64,000 nucleotides of DNA from an uncultured Candidatus Saccharibacteria bacterium (GTDB lineage Bacteria; Patescibacteriota; Dojkabacteria; B142; OLB20), in NCBI GenBank assembly GCA_964461915.1, contig CAYWVD010000001.1, positions 156,671 through 220,670 on the forward strand, given 5' to 3'. Of this stretch, positions 37,071 through 46,112 are shown piece by piece; position 1 is the first letter of the stretch; the number at the start of each line of letters is the position of its first letter. The notes beneath the pieces are model-generated. The model ran no database searches, was not told the origin of the DNA, and worked only from the letters and a program-made list of their open reading frames with translations. The position numbers and the translations under genes were made by a program.

Positions 37071-38774
37071 CTAAGAATCTTTTAATTTAAAAGCCTTTTT
37101 AACTAGTTTATATGTTTCCTCTCCATTAAGTTCTGTGCTATCAATAATTGTGCCTTTAAAATTTGTAGGGAGTTTATTGGGTTCTGGATAATCAACTAAA
37201 TTATATCTCCTAATATAGTCTTGACGATCAGCAATTTGCCTCTTTGATAGATTTAACATCTCGTTACGAATTAAATCTTCGGTCAGATTTTCTTTTGAGA
37301 GTGTTTTTAATAGTGATCTTTTTGCTCGAACTTCTAAGTTTGTGTGCAACCAAACGGCTTTTGAATTTTCAAAAATAAAATTATAATACGATTCAAATAG
37401 ATCTGCTTTATTTTGTGAAGTTAATTCCTCAAGCAAAAACTTTTTAAAAGAATTTGAAAACATAAATAAAGGAAGTATTTTGGAATCTATTAAAATCTTA
37501 GATTTGTCATCAATTGCTTTGATAATTCTTTTAATCATGTAAGAATCTAATTCCTTATCAACATCACGGCCAATCAAAACACAATTATCTCTAAATCCTT
37601 TTATGTCTGCTTTATCTAAATCAAAATCATCAGGATCTTCTGGTATTTTATAACCACTCTTAACAAATCCGGCTTGTATTGATTTTTGTTTTAAAATCGA
37701 GCCAATATATAAAAATTCGAATTTATTGTCTTTAAGTATTCTATGGGAGATGTAACTAGTTCCGGTCTTCCCTGGGCCACTTAAGATGTAAATTTGAGCC
37801 TTTTTAGATTGTTTAAGTATAAAGAAAATAAAATAAGTGAAAATACCTAGTGGAATAGAGATATAAAGACATCTTAAAAAAAGTTCGTAACTAATTATCG
37901 GCTGAACTGCAATAGTAGGAGTAATTGTAGGGTATTCAGTAGGTTTTTGTGTAGGGATATAAGTAATAATAGATGGTTCAAAAGTAATATCTGGAGTGTC
38001 GCTAGGATATTCTATTGTAACAGTAAACCCCGGGGATGTTGTGATTGAGACTGAGGGAGTAATAGTCACACTAGGTGTAATATAAACACCGTTAATAGTA
38101 AAAAACAATACTTGGCTTTGAGTAGAATTATCAATAATTCCATTAATAAACAAATTTGCATAAGTTGAATAATTCAGGTTCGGGAAATTAGACGATGGTA
38201 GCGAAATTATATAGTTTCCATTTTCATCAGCATTAATAGTATATCTATAAAAAGAATCCCCAATAATTGTTATCTGCAACACAGCGTTAGGATATGTATA
38301 CCCGGATATTTCTATGATTTCGTTCTCAACGAAGTAATTTTGATTAATTGAAATAGTTGGGGGTAAAAAAATATTTGTAAATACAGTCGTTTGTTTAGGT
38401 AATAAAAGTGCAGGAATATTTATAGTATTTGAAACATTATTAAGGGGATCAGTTGAATAGATTTCGACATGATGGACTCCTGGAGTTAATGCAAAAAGTT
38501 CCTTAACGAATAGCCCATTTGTCCCATCGCTATTAACGCTCCAGTTGTATCCAGGGGAAACACTATCTAAACCGACAGTTCCATACCATGAGCCAACATT
38601 ACCTGAAGTACTTCCTGAGTTTATTGCCGCCTCAGTACCAACAACAAGAGTGCCACTAGTTGCAGTATATCTATGAGAAGCATCTACTTTAATTGGGTTA
38701 ATTAATAAAAAAGATAGCACCAGAAAGGTACAGGAAAAAATGAATTTTGTACTTAAAAAATACAATTTAAACAA
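37071..38774 (-). CDS. membrane protein: extracellular Ig-like/TP-rich region + TM + cytoplasmic archaeal-type cytidylate-kinase-like P-loop domain
   Basis: Signal peptide, TPSVTITPSVSITTSPG linker, TM. Then YILSGPGKTGTSYISHRIL (P-loop), AVWLHTNLEVRAKRSLL and IRRYNLVDY resemble archaeal CMP kinase (IWLKAPLEVRAERI; RYkeyYGID). Confidence 0.5.
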   Translation of the reverse strand: MFKLYFLSTKFIFSCTFLVLSFLLINPIKVDASHRYTATSGTLVVGTEAAINSGSTSGNVGSWYGTVGLDSVSPGYNWSVNSDGTNGLFVKELFALTPGVHHVEIYSTDPLNNVSNTINIPALLLPKQTTVFTNIFLPPTISINQNYFVENEIIEISGYTYPNAVLQITIIGDSFYRYTINADENGNYIISLPSSNFPNLNYSTYANLFINGIIDNSTQSQVLFFTINGVYITPSVTITPSVSITTSPGFTVTIEYPSDTPDITFEPSIITYIPTQKPTEYPTITPTIAVQPIISYELFLRCLYISIPLGIFTYFIFFILKQSKKAQIYILSGPGKTGTSYISHRILKDNKFEFLYIGSILKQKSIQAGFVKSGYKIPEDPDDFDLDKADIKGFRDNCVLIGRDVDKELDSYMIKRIIKAIDDKSKILIDSKILPLFMFSNSFKKFLLEELTSQNKADLFESYYNFIFENSKAVWLHTNLEVRAKRSLLKTLSKENLTEDLIRNEMLNLSKRQIADRQDYIRRYNLVDYPEPNKLPTNFKGTIIDSTELNGEETYKLVKKAFKLKDS

Positions 38775-38877
38775 AATATATACTTTGACTAATAATAATA
38801 TACATAAAATTAAAATCTAAAAAAAGTCCATATAAAAATGCTATAATTTTTCGTTGTTAACTTTTTATTTTCTAAAA

Positions 38878-39864
38878 ATGAACTTAATCACAGGAGCAAA
38901 CGGAAGAATAGGTAATGTAGTTGTTCGTAAATTACTTGAAAAAGGTGAAAAAGTAAGGATATTTGCAAGAAATACTTCAAATTTATCATCCCTTAAAGGA
39001 CTTGAATATGAAGTTGCAAATGGTGATATTAATGACTTGCAAAGTGTTTTGATGGCGATGGATGGCTGTGATCAAGTTTATCATTTAGCTGCAGACATCA
39101 ATATTAATAATAAAAATGCCGATAAAACTTTTAAAATCAATATTCTAGGTACTGAAAATATCCTACAAGCCTGTATTGAAAAGAAAGTAAAACGACTAGT
39201 TTATGTAAGTTCAATTCATGCTTTCTCTTTACCACCTAAGGGGCAACAAATAAACGAAGAAACTCCATTATGTGATGAAGATGACAAAAGGGGAGTATAT
39301 GATAGATCAAAAGCTAAAGCTACAAGAAAGGTCTTAAATACAAAAGCAGAAGGCTTTGAGGCTGTTGTTGTTTGTCCAACAGGTGTTGTCGGGCCTTATG
39401 ATTTTGAGCCATCATTTTTTGGCAAAGGAATGATCGAATCAATCCAAAGTGGACTAAAAATCACAGTGCCAGGTGGTTTTGATTATGTAGATGTAAGAGA
39501 TGTTGCAGATGGAATAATTTCCGCAATGAAAAATGGTAAACCTTATCAAATTTATTTACTTGGTAACGAATACATAACAATGAAGGAATATTTTGGCTAC
39601 CTTGCTGAACTTAGCGGAATTAAAGTGAAAACAAAAGTTTTGCCTTTCTGGCTTGCTAAAACAATGGGATATGTTTTGAATCTCTTTTCTGATAATTCAT
39701 CCATTACTGATTATTCTGTTGATACTTTAATGGGAAATGCAGACATTTCTCATGAAAAAGCATCAAAGGAATTAGGCTACAAGCCAAGATCAATGAAAGA
39801 ATCAATCACTGATCAATACAATTGGTTTAAAGATAATGGATACTTTAAAACTAAAGAGAAATAA
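38878..39864 (+). CDS. NAD-dependent epimerase/dehydratase family (SDR) protein
   Basis: ITGANGRIGNVVVRKLLEKGEKV Rossmann motif. ATG at 38878 preferred over the track's TTG at 38854. Confidence 0.8.
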   Translation: MNLITGANGRIGNVVVRKLLEKGEKVRIFARNTSNLSSLKGLEYEVANGDINDLQSVLMAMDGCDQVYHLAADININNKNADKTFKINILGTENILQACIEKKVKRLVYVSSIHAFSLPPKGQQINEETPLCDEDDKRGVYDRSKAKATRKVLNTKAEGFEAVVVCPTGVVGPYDFEPSFFGKGMIESIQSGLKITVPGGFDYVDVRDVADGIISAMKNGKPYQIYLLGNEYITMKEYFGYLAELSGIKVKTKVLPFWLAKTMGYVLNLFSDNSSITDYSVDTLMGNADISHEKASKELGYKPRSMKESITDQYNWFKDNGYFKTKEK

Positions 39865-39884
39865 GCATTGGTTTGATCGAATTA

Positions 39885-40307
39885 TTAATTAGACATTGCA
39901 AATTTATCTGAAATCCTTTTATATTCTTCGGAAGATTTCCTTCTTGATTGATCATCTTGCATCGATCCAATTTTTGATAGGGCTTCCTTCCACTCAGGAT
40001 TATCTTCATTATGTGGAATCAAATGAATATGGGCATGAGGTACACCTCTACCTAAAACAAAAATATCAACGAATTTATACCCTAGATCTTTTTTAAAATG
40101 TCTTGCAACTTTTGTGGCAAATTCAAAATAATCATCGACATCATCAACATCTGTAAATGTCTCAAAATGCTTTTTAGGAATAACAATTGTATGACCTTCA
40201 ACAATTTGTGAGATATCAATAATTGCTAAAAAGTTTTCATCTTCAGCAATTTTGAAGCAGGGGATTTCATTATTAATGATTTTGCAGAAAGCACAATTAT
40301 TTATCAT
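39885..40307 (-). CDS. HIT family (histidine triad) protein
   Basis: CAFCKIINNEIP...VEGHTIVIPKKH...HAHIHLIPH. Start at MINN (40307) so that it does not overlap the divergent promoter. Confidence 0.8.
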   Translation of the reverse strand: MINNCAFCKIINNEIPCFKIAEDENFLAIIDISQIVEGHTIVIPKKHFETFTDVDDVDDYFEFATKVARHFKKDLGYKFVDIFVLGRGVPHAHIHLIPHNEDNPEWKEALSKIGSMQDDQSRRKSSEEYKRISDKFAMSN

Positions 40308-40360
40308 CTTACTTAAATATAAAAAAGTTTTTAAATTATACAATAATTTTAATAATTTAT

Positions 40361-40388
40361 TTGACATAAGAAAAATTTATTATACAAT
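40361..40388 (+). promoter_or_regulatory. sigma70-like promoter TTGACA-16-TACAAT for the DUF5320 gene
   Basis: TTGACA at 40361-40366, then TACAAT at 40383-40388. Confidence 0.4.
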
Positions 40389-40391
40389 TTA

Positions 40392-40407
40392 ATGGGTATA
40401 TACCCAT
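40392..40407. promoter_or_regulatory. perfect 16-bp palindrome ATGGGTATATACCCAT (operator candidate)
   Basis: Self-complementary 16-mer located 4 nt after the -10 and 28 nt before the start codon at 40436. Confidence 0.4.
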
Positions 40408-40435
40408 TTGTGTTCTATTTTTTATTATTAAAAAC

Positions 40436-40672
40436 ATGCCAAGATTAGATGGAACTGGTCCTTTAGGACAGGGACCAATGACTGGACGAGGAAGAGGTAA
40501 AGGTATGGGACGTGGTAGAGGAAAAGGAATGGGAGGTCGTGGACAGGGAGGAAGTAAAGAGTGCACATGTCCTAAATGTGGTTATAAAGAACCACATACA
40601 AGAGGAATTCCTTGTTCAGAGAAAAAATGCCCTGAATGCGGAACACTTATGAAAGGTGCTTTTTGCTTATAG
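40436..40672 (+). CDS. DUF5320-like small Gly/Arg-rich, Cys-cluster protein
   Basis: MPRLDGTGPLGQGPMTGRGRGKG... (compare the DUF5320 N-terminus MPRGDGTGPMGmGPmTGRG) followed by a CxxC...CxxC zinc ribbon. Confidence 0.45.
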   Translation: MPRLDGTGPLGQGPMTGRGRGKGMGRGRGKGMGGRGQGGSKECTCPKCGYKEPHTRGIPCSEKKCPECGTLMKGAFCL

Positions 40673-40688
40673 GATTTTTATGAGGGGT

Positions 40689-40735
40689 AGCAATAGAAAA
40701 TTATTACTGCCCCTCTTTCTTATTTATTATCTATA
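40689..40735 (+). terminator. terminator-like hairpin after the DUF5320 gene
   Basis: GAGGGGTAGCAAT-N8-ATTACTGCCCCTC (13-bp stem, two G.U positions) followed by a T-rich tract. Confidence 0.45.
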
Positions 40736-40740
40736 AATTT

Positions 40741-41019
40741 ATGCGACAACGATGTAGAAGAAGACTCGGAAGAGATTTTAGTGAAATTTACTTTAAACCA
40801 AGAGGAATTCCTTTAAGGGAACTTAATGAAGTTACAATAACAGATGAGGAACTTGAAACAATAAGACTAAGATATTTAGAAAAAATGGATCAGGATGAAG
40901 CTTCAAAGAAAATGGGTATTTCTCAGAGTCAATATCAAAGAGATTTAACCTCAGTACTAGAAAAAATTACAAAAGCCCTCATTGAGGGATATGCTATCAA
41001 TATAGCCAAAACGAAGTAA
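40741..41019 (+). CDS. DUF134 (UPF0251) putative DNA-binding protein
   Basis: RRRLGRDFSEIYFKPRGIPLRELNEVTITDEELETIRLRYLEKMDQDEASKKMGISQSQYQRDL aligns with the DUF134 consensus (CRRV...YFKP.GVPlreLeEV.Lt.DElEAlRLaDleGlsqeEAAe.MgvSrpTf.R.l). Confidence 0.7.
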   Translation: MRQRCRRRLGRDFSEIYFKPRGIPLRELNEVTITDEELETIRLRYLEKMDQDEASKKMGISQSQYQRDLTSVLEKITKALIEGYAINIAKTK

Positions 41020-41027
41020 TTTTTTAT

Positions 41028-41083
41028 ATTTCAATCTTGACTGAAATTTTCTGCTATTGTATATTTCAATGTACGTTGAAATA
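41028..41083. promoter_or_regulatory. two inverted repeats (ATTTCA-N8-TGAAAT; TATTTCAA-N6-TTGAAATA) overlapping a TTGACT-17-TATATT promoter upstream of the ArsR-family gene
   Basis: IR1 at 41028-41047 and IR2 at 41062-41083. -35 TTGACT at 41037-41042, -10 TATATT at 41060-41065. Could be an operator and/or terminator hairpins for the DUF134 gene. Confidence 0.35.
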
Positions 41084-41099
41084 ACTTTTTAATATTTTC

Positions 41100-41378
41100 T
41101 TGATGAATGGAACAGTAAAGAAAAAAATAGAGGATTTACAGAAATTATTAGTATTAAACAGAATAAAAATACTTGATTTACTATATAAAGAGGATACCTG
41201 TGTTTGCCAAATGGTAGAAAAGCTTAGTATGAAACACAATCTGATATCACATCACCTAAAGACACTGTTAGATATGGGTTATTTAAAAAGCAACAGAAAT
41301 GGTCAGCATATTATGTATAACCTTGTAGATGATAAAAAAGAGATTGTAGGTGAATTATTAACACTTATAAATAAATAA
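41100..41378 (+). CDS. ArsR/SmtB family transcriptional regulator
   Basis: LNRIKILDLLYKEDTCVCQMVEKLSMKHNLISHHLKTLLDMGYL is a winged HTH with Cys residues in the alpha3 position. Confidence 0.7.
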   Translation: MMNGTVKKKIEDLQKLLVLNRIKILDLLYKEDTCVCQMVEKLSMKHNLISHHLKTLLDMGYLKSNRNGQHIMYNLVDDKKEIVGELLTLINK

Positions 41379-41382
41379 CATT

Positions 41383-41649
41383 ATGAAAGTACTTAAATTT
41401 GGTGCAATTTGGTGTTCGGGATGTTTAGTAATGAAGCCTAGATGGGCTGAAATTGAAAGAGAATTAACTTGGCTTATTACTGAGTACCACGATGCAGATA
41501 CTGAAAAAGAACTAGTAAAAAAATATTCGGTTAAGTATTATCCATGTTTTATTTTTTTTGATAAAGAAGGTAATGAAATACATCGAGAGTATGGTGAAAT
41601 AGAAAAAGAAAAATTAATTGAGATTATTAATACTTATAAAGATAAATAA
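41383..41649 (+). CDS. thioredoxin-like protein (WCSGC)
   Basis: KFGAIWCSGCLVMKP has a CxxC in thioredoxin-fold context. 88 aa. Confidence 0.6.
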   Translation: MKVLKFGAIWCSGCLVMKPRWAEIERELTWLITEYHDADTEKELVKKYSVKYYPCFIFFDKEGNEIHREYGEIEKEKLIEIINTYKDK

Positions 41650-41650
41650 T

Positions 41651-42898
41651 ATGATTGGTAGACTGCTCAAAATAACATTGTCATTAGCAATCCTATTTGG
41701 TGTTTTTTTTGCAGGCACTATTAACGAAGTTAGCGCAGAAGTTAATGAACCCATTAATGTTTATCTTTTTTATGGGCAAGGTTGTCCTCATTGTGCAAAA
41801 GAACGAGAATATTTAACGACTCTAAAAGATACCTATGGTAATAAAATAAACATTTATGAATATGAGGTCTATTACAATCAGGAAAATGTCAAACTATTTA
41901 CTAAAACCTCGGAGTTTTTAAATATTGATGTCGGAGGAGTTCCTTTTCTTGTTATTGGAGAGAAGTACTTTGTTGGTTACGAGAGTAATGAAACGACTGG
42001 AACAGAAATTTCAAATGAAATCGAACGATGTATCGAGCATGGCTGTATAGATAATCTATCTGAGTTGCTTCTTGGAGAAAAAAAGTTAAATACTACCAGT
42101 ACTCCCAAAGGTGTAATCATTTCGAGTGGTACTAATTCTGAAAATAATTCTCCACTGTACTTAGAGACATATATTTTTGGAAAAATTAACATTAAAGACA
42201 TCTCTCTCCCTCTTGCAACCATATTAATTGCATTAGTTGACGGATTTAATCCTTGTGCGATGTGGATTCTTATCTTTCTAATTACCATGTTAATAAACAT
42301 GAAAGATAAAAGGAAACTGTATATTTTAGGATCAACTTTTATCTTTACCTCTGGGATTGTTTATTTCTTCTTCCTTTCTGCTTGGTTTAATTTTTTTAAA
42401 CTTGTAGGTTATGTATATTGGATAAAAGTTATTATTGGAATTATCGCAATAGTTAGCGGAATCTTACACATTAAAAGTGCATTGTTTTCAAAAGGAGGAT
42501 GTCATGCAACCAACGAGAAACAAAGAGAAAGCATCATAGAAAGAATTAAAAAGGTTTTAGGAGAGAAAAGCTTTGTATTGGCAATATTTGGAATTGTAAC
42601 ACTAGCCATTTCAGTAAATTTAATCGAAGTTGTATGCTCTGCTGGACTTCCAGCTGTTTATACCAACCTTTTATCATCAATAAAATTATCTCCTTTTGAA
42701 TACTATTTCTACTTGTTCCTTTATGTGATTATTTTTATGTTGGATGATCTAATTATATTTTTCATTGCAGTAAAAACTTTTGAAGTAACAGGAATAACAA
42801 AGAAATACACAAAATGGTCAAGTCTTATAGGAGGCATAATTATTTTAATTATTGGAATAATTTTAATAATAAAACCTGAACTTTTGATGTTCGGGTAA
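41651..42898 (+). CDS. thioredoxin-like (CPHC) domain fused to CcdA/DsbD-type thiol:disulfide-transfer membrane domain
   Basis: Signal peptide, then YLFYGQGCPHCAKEREYL. TM domain has ALVDGFNPCAMWILIFL (compare the CcdA LSPCvLPl motif) and a second Cys (VVCSAGLPAV). ATG at 41651 avoids overlap with the trx gene. Confidence 0.65.
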   Translation: MIGRLLKITLSLAILFGVFFAGTINEVSAEVNEPINVYLFYGQGCPHCAKEREYLTTLKDTYGNKINIYEYEVYYNQENVKLFTKTSEFLNIDVGGVPFLVIGEKYFVGYESNETTGTEISNEIERCIEHGCIDNLSELLLGEKKLNTTSTPKGVIISSGTNSENNSPLYLETYIFGKINIKDISLPLATILIALVDGFNPCAMWILIFLITMLINMKDKRKLYILGSTFIFTSGIVYFFFLSAWFNFFKLVGYVYWIKVIIGIIAIVSGILHIKSALFSKGGCHATNEKQRESIIERIKKVLGEKSFVLAIFGIVTLAISVNLIEVVCSAGLPAVYTNLLSSIKLSPFEYYFYLFLYVIIFMLDDLIIFFIAVKTFEVTGITKKYTKWSSLIGGIIILIIGIILIIKPELLMFG

Positions 42899-42923
42899 TT
42901 ATTTAATTTATTAATTTAAAATT

Positions 42924-44177
42924 ATGAGCAAAAAACTGCCAATAATTCTAGGAGTTCTTTTAGGACTTGGGATTCTTATAGGATGTGAATTTTTACTAGT
43001 GAGAAATTTTGGATGTCCTAAAACAACTGAAAAAACAGAGACAAAAGAATCGGAAGTTATGTCTAAACCCAAAGCGATGATGCTTCTAATAGAATTTAAG
43101 AACACAGAGGGATTAGTAAATATGGTAAATGACATGAAGGAAAGAAATATCAAGGGATTATTAATGGTAAACGCTGATTTCGTTGATAAAAATAAAGATG
43201 CAATTAAGGAAATTTTAGCAACAGGAAATGTTGAGATTGCAGCCTCATATGATCCAAAGCCCTATTGGGAAATGACCTACGATGAACAATATGCCACTAT
43301 TACGGATATGATTACAAGAATTGAAAGTGCCCTTAATGTTAAGGTTAGAATTATCAGCTCAAGATATATGGCTTCTGATGAAAATACAGTAAAAATTGCT
43401 GATAAATTAGGTATTGAATATATTACTGCTAGAGGAACAACAGAACTTGCTACTACTGTTTATAAACCTGAAGAATACAATGTAAAAATTATTTCTGTTT
43501 CGAATATTGATGTGCCTGAATTCAAATATGGAAGTTTTTGTGATTACAGTTTCTATGAAAGAAGCGGAAGCCCTGAAGACATGGAGAAGGAATATAAAAG
43601 AGCGATACAGGAAGAGAAATTTATCGGTGTCTCTCACACATATATTGGAGGATACAAAGAAAGATGGAATGATATGTGGCATAACTTTTGGGACAATTAT
43701 GAAGTGGATTGGGTTGATTTAGACACATTAGGGACTGTTGATAAGGTAATGCCAATGTGGCAGATCCCTATTAACAAAAATGCTCCATATACCCCAGAAA
43801 AAATTAGACCAGCTATTCCTTATGATGAGGAAGAAAATGTTGTTAATCCATGTGCGGTAGATGATTTAAATGAATCAAAAGATAGTAATGGAGCGAAAAT
43901 TCAAGAAAATACTCTAGTAATTTTCCATAACAATACGGGGCCAATGTGTATAGAGGCCTTAGAATTTCTTAGAAATTCAAATATTGAATTTAAAGAGTAT
44001 TTAACTACTGATGATAATTATTATTCGAATTTAATTCGATATAAAAATGTTTTTACAGGTAGTGAAGGTGTTTCTGAAGATTTTGATTATTATCCTTTTA
44101 TTTTTTATAAAAACCATGCTTTTTCTGGGTTTAATGAAAATATTAAAAATGATATAAATAAGTTAATTCTTAATTAA
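42924..44177 (+). CDS. lipoprotein with C-terminal monothiol glutaredoxin-like domain (hypothetical)
   Basis: Lipobox LLGLGILIGC. C-terminus LVIFHNNTGPMCIEALEFLRNSNIEFKEY...YPFIFYKNHAFSGF has a Grx-like topology. Confidence 0.35.
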   Translation: MSKKLPIILGVLLGLGILIGCEFLLVRNFGCPKTTEKTETKESEVMSKPKAMMLLIEFKNTEGLVNMVNDMKERNIKGLLMVNADFVDKNKDAIKEILATGNVEIAASYDPKPYWEMTYDEQYATITDMITRIESALNVKVRIISSRYMASDENTVKIADKLGIEYITARGTTELATTVYKPEEYNVKIISVSNIDVPEFKYGSFCDYSFYERSGSPEDMEKEYKRAIQEEKFIGVSHTYIGGYKERWNDMWHNFWDNYEVDWVDLDTLGTVDKVMPMWQIPINKNAPYTPEKIRPAIPYDEEENVVNPCAVDDLNESKDSNGAKIQENTLVIFHNNTGPMCIEALEFLRNSNIEFKEYLTTDDNYYSNLIRYKNVFTGSEGVSEDFDYYPFIFYKNHAFSGFNENIKNDINKLILN

Positions 44178-44194
44178 TTTTTTACAAAACAAAT

Positions 44195-44905
44195 ATGGAA
44201 AACGAGTCAATTACTCCTATGCCTAGAATAGGCGAGAAGGCTCCTTCATTTCATGCAGTTACTACACAAGGAGAAATTAATTTTCCTGAACAGTATAAGG
44301 GTAAATGGGTAATTTTATTTAGTCATCCAGCAGATTTCACTCCTGTTTGTACTTCAGAGTTTATGACGTTTGCCAATTTAGAAAAAGATTTTTCTCAACT
44401 TAATTGTAAATTAGTGGGTTTATCGGTTGATGGATTATATAGCCACATTGCTTGGTTAAGAACGATCAAAGAGAAAATTGAGTATAAAGGGATGAAGAAT
44501 ATTGAAGTTAAGTTCCCACTAATTGAAGATATTACAATGGATGTCGCAAAAAAATACGGGATGATTCAACCTGGAGAAAGTAATACAAAAGCTGTTCGAG
44601 CAGTATTCTTTATTGATCCTAAGGGCATAATTAGAACAATTCTTTATTATCCATTAAGTTTAGGTAGAAATTTTTCAGAATTATTAAGGATTTTAATGGG
44701 ACTTCAAACTGCAGATGAATTTTCAATTGCAACTCCTGCAGATTGGATGCCTGGAGATGATGTAATTGTTCCAACTGCAGGATCATGCGGTGTTGCTAAA
44801 GAAAGGATGGAAAGTAAAGATGAAATGAAATGTTATGATTGGTTCTTTTGCACGAAAAAACTTAAGAAAGAGGATATTGTAAAAAAATTAAAAAAATCTA
44901 AATAA
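44195..44905 (+). CDS. peroxiredoxin (1-Cys/Prx6-like)
   Basis: WVILFSHPADFTPVCTSEF is the peroxidatic Cys motif. Confidence 0.9.
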   Translation: MENESITPMPRIGEKAPSFHAVTTQGEINFPEQYKGKWVILFSHPADFTPVCTSEFMTFANLEKDFSQLNCKLVGLSVDGLYSHIAWLRTIKEKIEYKGMKNIEVKFPLIEDITMDVAKKYGMIQPGESNTKAVRAVFFIDPKGIIRTILYYPLSLGRNFSELLRILMGLQTADEFSIATPADWMPGDDVIVPTAGSCGVAKERMESKDEMKCYDWFFCTKKLKKEDIVKKLKKSK

Positions 44906-44912
44906 AGTTTAA

Positions 44913-46103
44913 TTGCTGGTTATGTTTAAATTGATGAAATTATTTTCAGTATTTGTTATTTTGATTTTTTCATTTTTTCTGAATAGAACTTATGCGGAAG
45001 AAATTCTTATAGAAGATTTAGAGTTAAATCAATTAGATAATTCTATAATATTGAATGAAGATAAGGCTCCATTAGAAGCTCCTGAAGAAACTGAATACTT
45101 AAATGCTAAGGTGGTTGAAATTATCGATGAAGACTCTATAGAAATTGAGGGTAAGATACAAATTCATCAAAAGATTAAAATATCTTTGTTAGAAGGAAAT
45201 GAAATTGGAAAGGAAGTTATTGTTGAAAATGGAGCTACGAATACTACTCAATTAATTCAGTATAAAAAGGGAGACGAAGTAATTGTTTCGTTTGTTAAGA
45301 ATTTGAATGGTGAAGAAATTTTTTATATCACAGATATTGTTCGTACAAATGCAATACTTGTACTTTTTATACTATTCGTTATTTTAGCAATTTTGGTCGG
45401 TGGGAAAAAGGGATTCAGTTCCCTTTTAGCAATGGTAGCTTCGTTTGTGATCCTTTTTTTGTTCATTTTGCCTCAAATTCAATCAGGTAAAGATCCAGTA
45501 ATAACTGCAATTTTCGCTTCAATAATAATTATCCCCATTACATTTTATTTGTCCCATGGATTCAATAGGAAAACAACAATTGCTATGATAGGAAGTTTTG
45601 GATCATTGATAATAACTGGGATTTTAGCTAGTTTATTTGTCGAATTTAGCCATCTAACAGGAACTGCATCCGAAGAAGCAATATTCTTACAAATGTCCAA
45701 TGAAATTCAATATAATCTTAAGGGGTTATTATTGGCGGGGATTATAATTGGCACTCTCGGTGTAATGGATGATATAACTATTTCACAAACGTCAATTTGT
45801 TTTCAACTATATGACTTAAAAAATGATTTGTCTTTTAAAGAACTTTTTACCAGGTCAATAAAAATTGGGAAGGATCATATAGCATCAATGATCAATACGT
45901 TGATTTTGGTATATACTGGAGCTTCAATGCCTCTTTTACTTCTTTTTATGAACAATCCAAGGCCATTTGATGAAATATTAAACTATGAAATGATAAGTAC
46001 TGAAATCGTTAGGACTCTTGTGGGTAGTATAGGACTTATTTTAGCTGTTCCAATTACAACATATTTAGCTTGCTATTTTGTAAAAAAGCAAAAAAGAAAT
46101 TAA
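44913..46103 (+). CDS. YibE/F-like membrane protein
   Basis: Signal peptide, soluble N-domain, then GKKGFSSLLAMVASFVILFLFILPQIQSGKDPVITAIF...LTGT multi-TM pattern typical of YibE/F. Confidence 0.55.
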   Translation: MLVMFKLMKLFSVFVILIFSFFLNRTYAEEILIEDLELNQLDNSIILNEDKAPLEAPEETEYLNAKVVEIIDEDSIEIEGKIQIHQKIKISLLEGNEIGKEVIVENGATNTTQLIQYKKGDEVIVSFVKNLNGEEIFYITDIVRTNAILVLFILFVILAILVGGKKGFSSLLAMVASFVILFLFILPQIQSGKDPVITAIFASIIIIPITFYLSHGFNRKTTIAMIGSFGSLIITGILASLFVEFSHLTGTASEEAIFLQMSNEIQYNLKGLLLAGIIIGTLGVMDDITISQTSICFQLYDLKNDLSFKELFTRSIKIGKDHIASMINTLILVYTGASMPLLLLFMNNPRPFDEILNYEMISTEIVRTLVGSIGLILAVPITTYLACYFVKKQKRN

Positions 46104-46112
46104 TTTAAAAAT

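Noticed and set aside
40357-40566. 69-aa Pro-rich ORF on the minus strand
   Set aside because: It is the antisense reading of the Gly/Arg-rich codons (GGN/CGN gives CCN) of the DUF5320-like gene, and it overlaps the mapped promoter and palindrome. Artifact.
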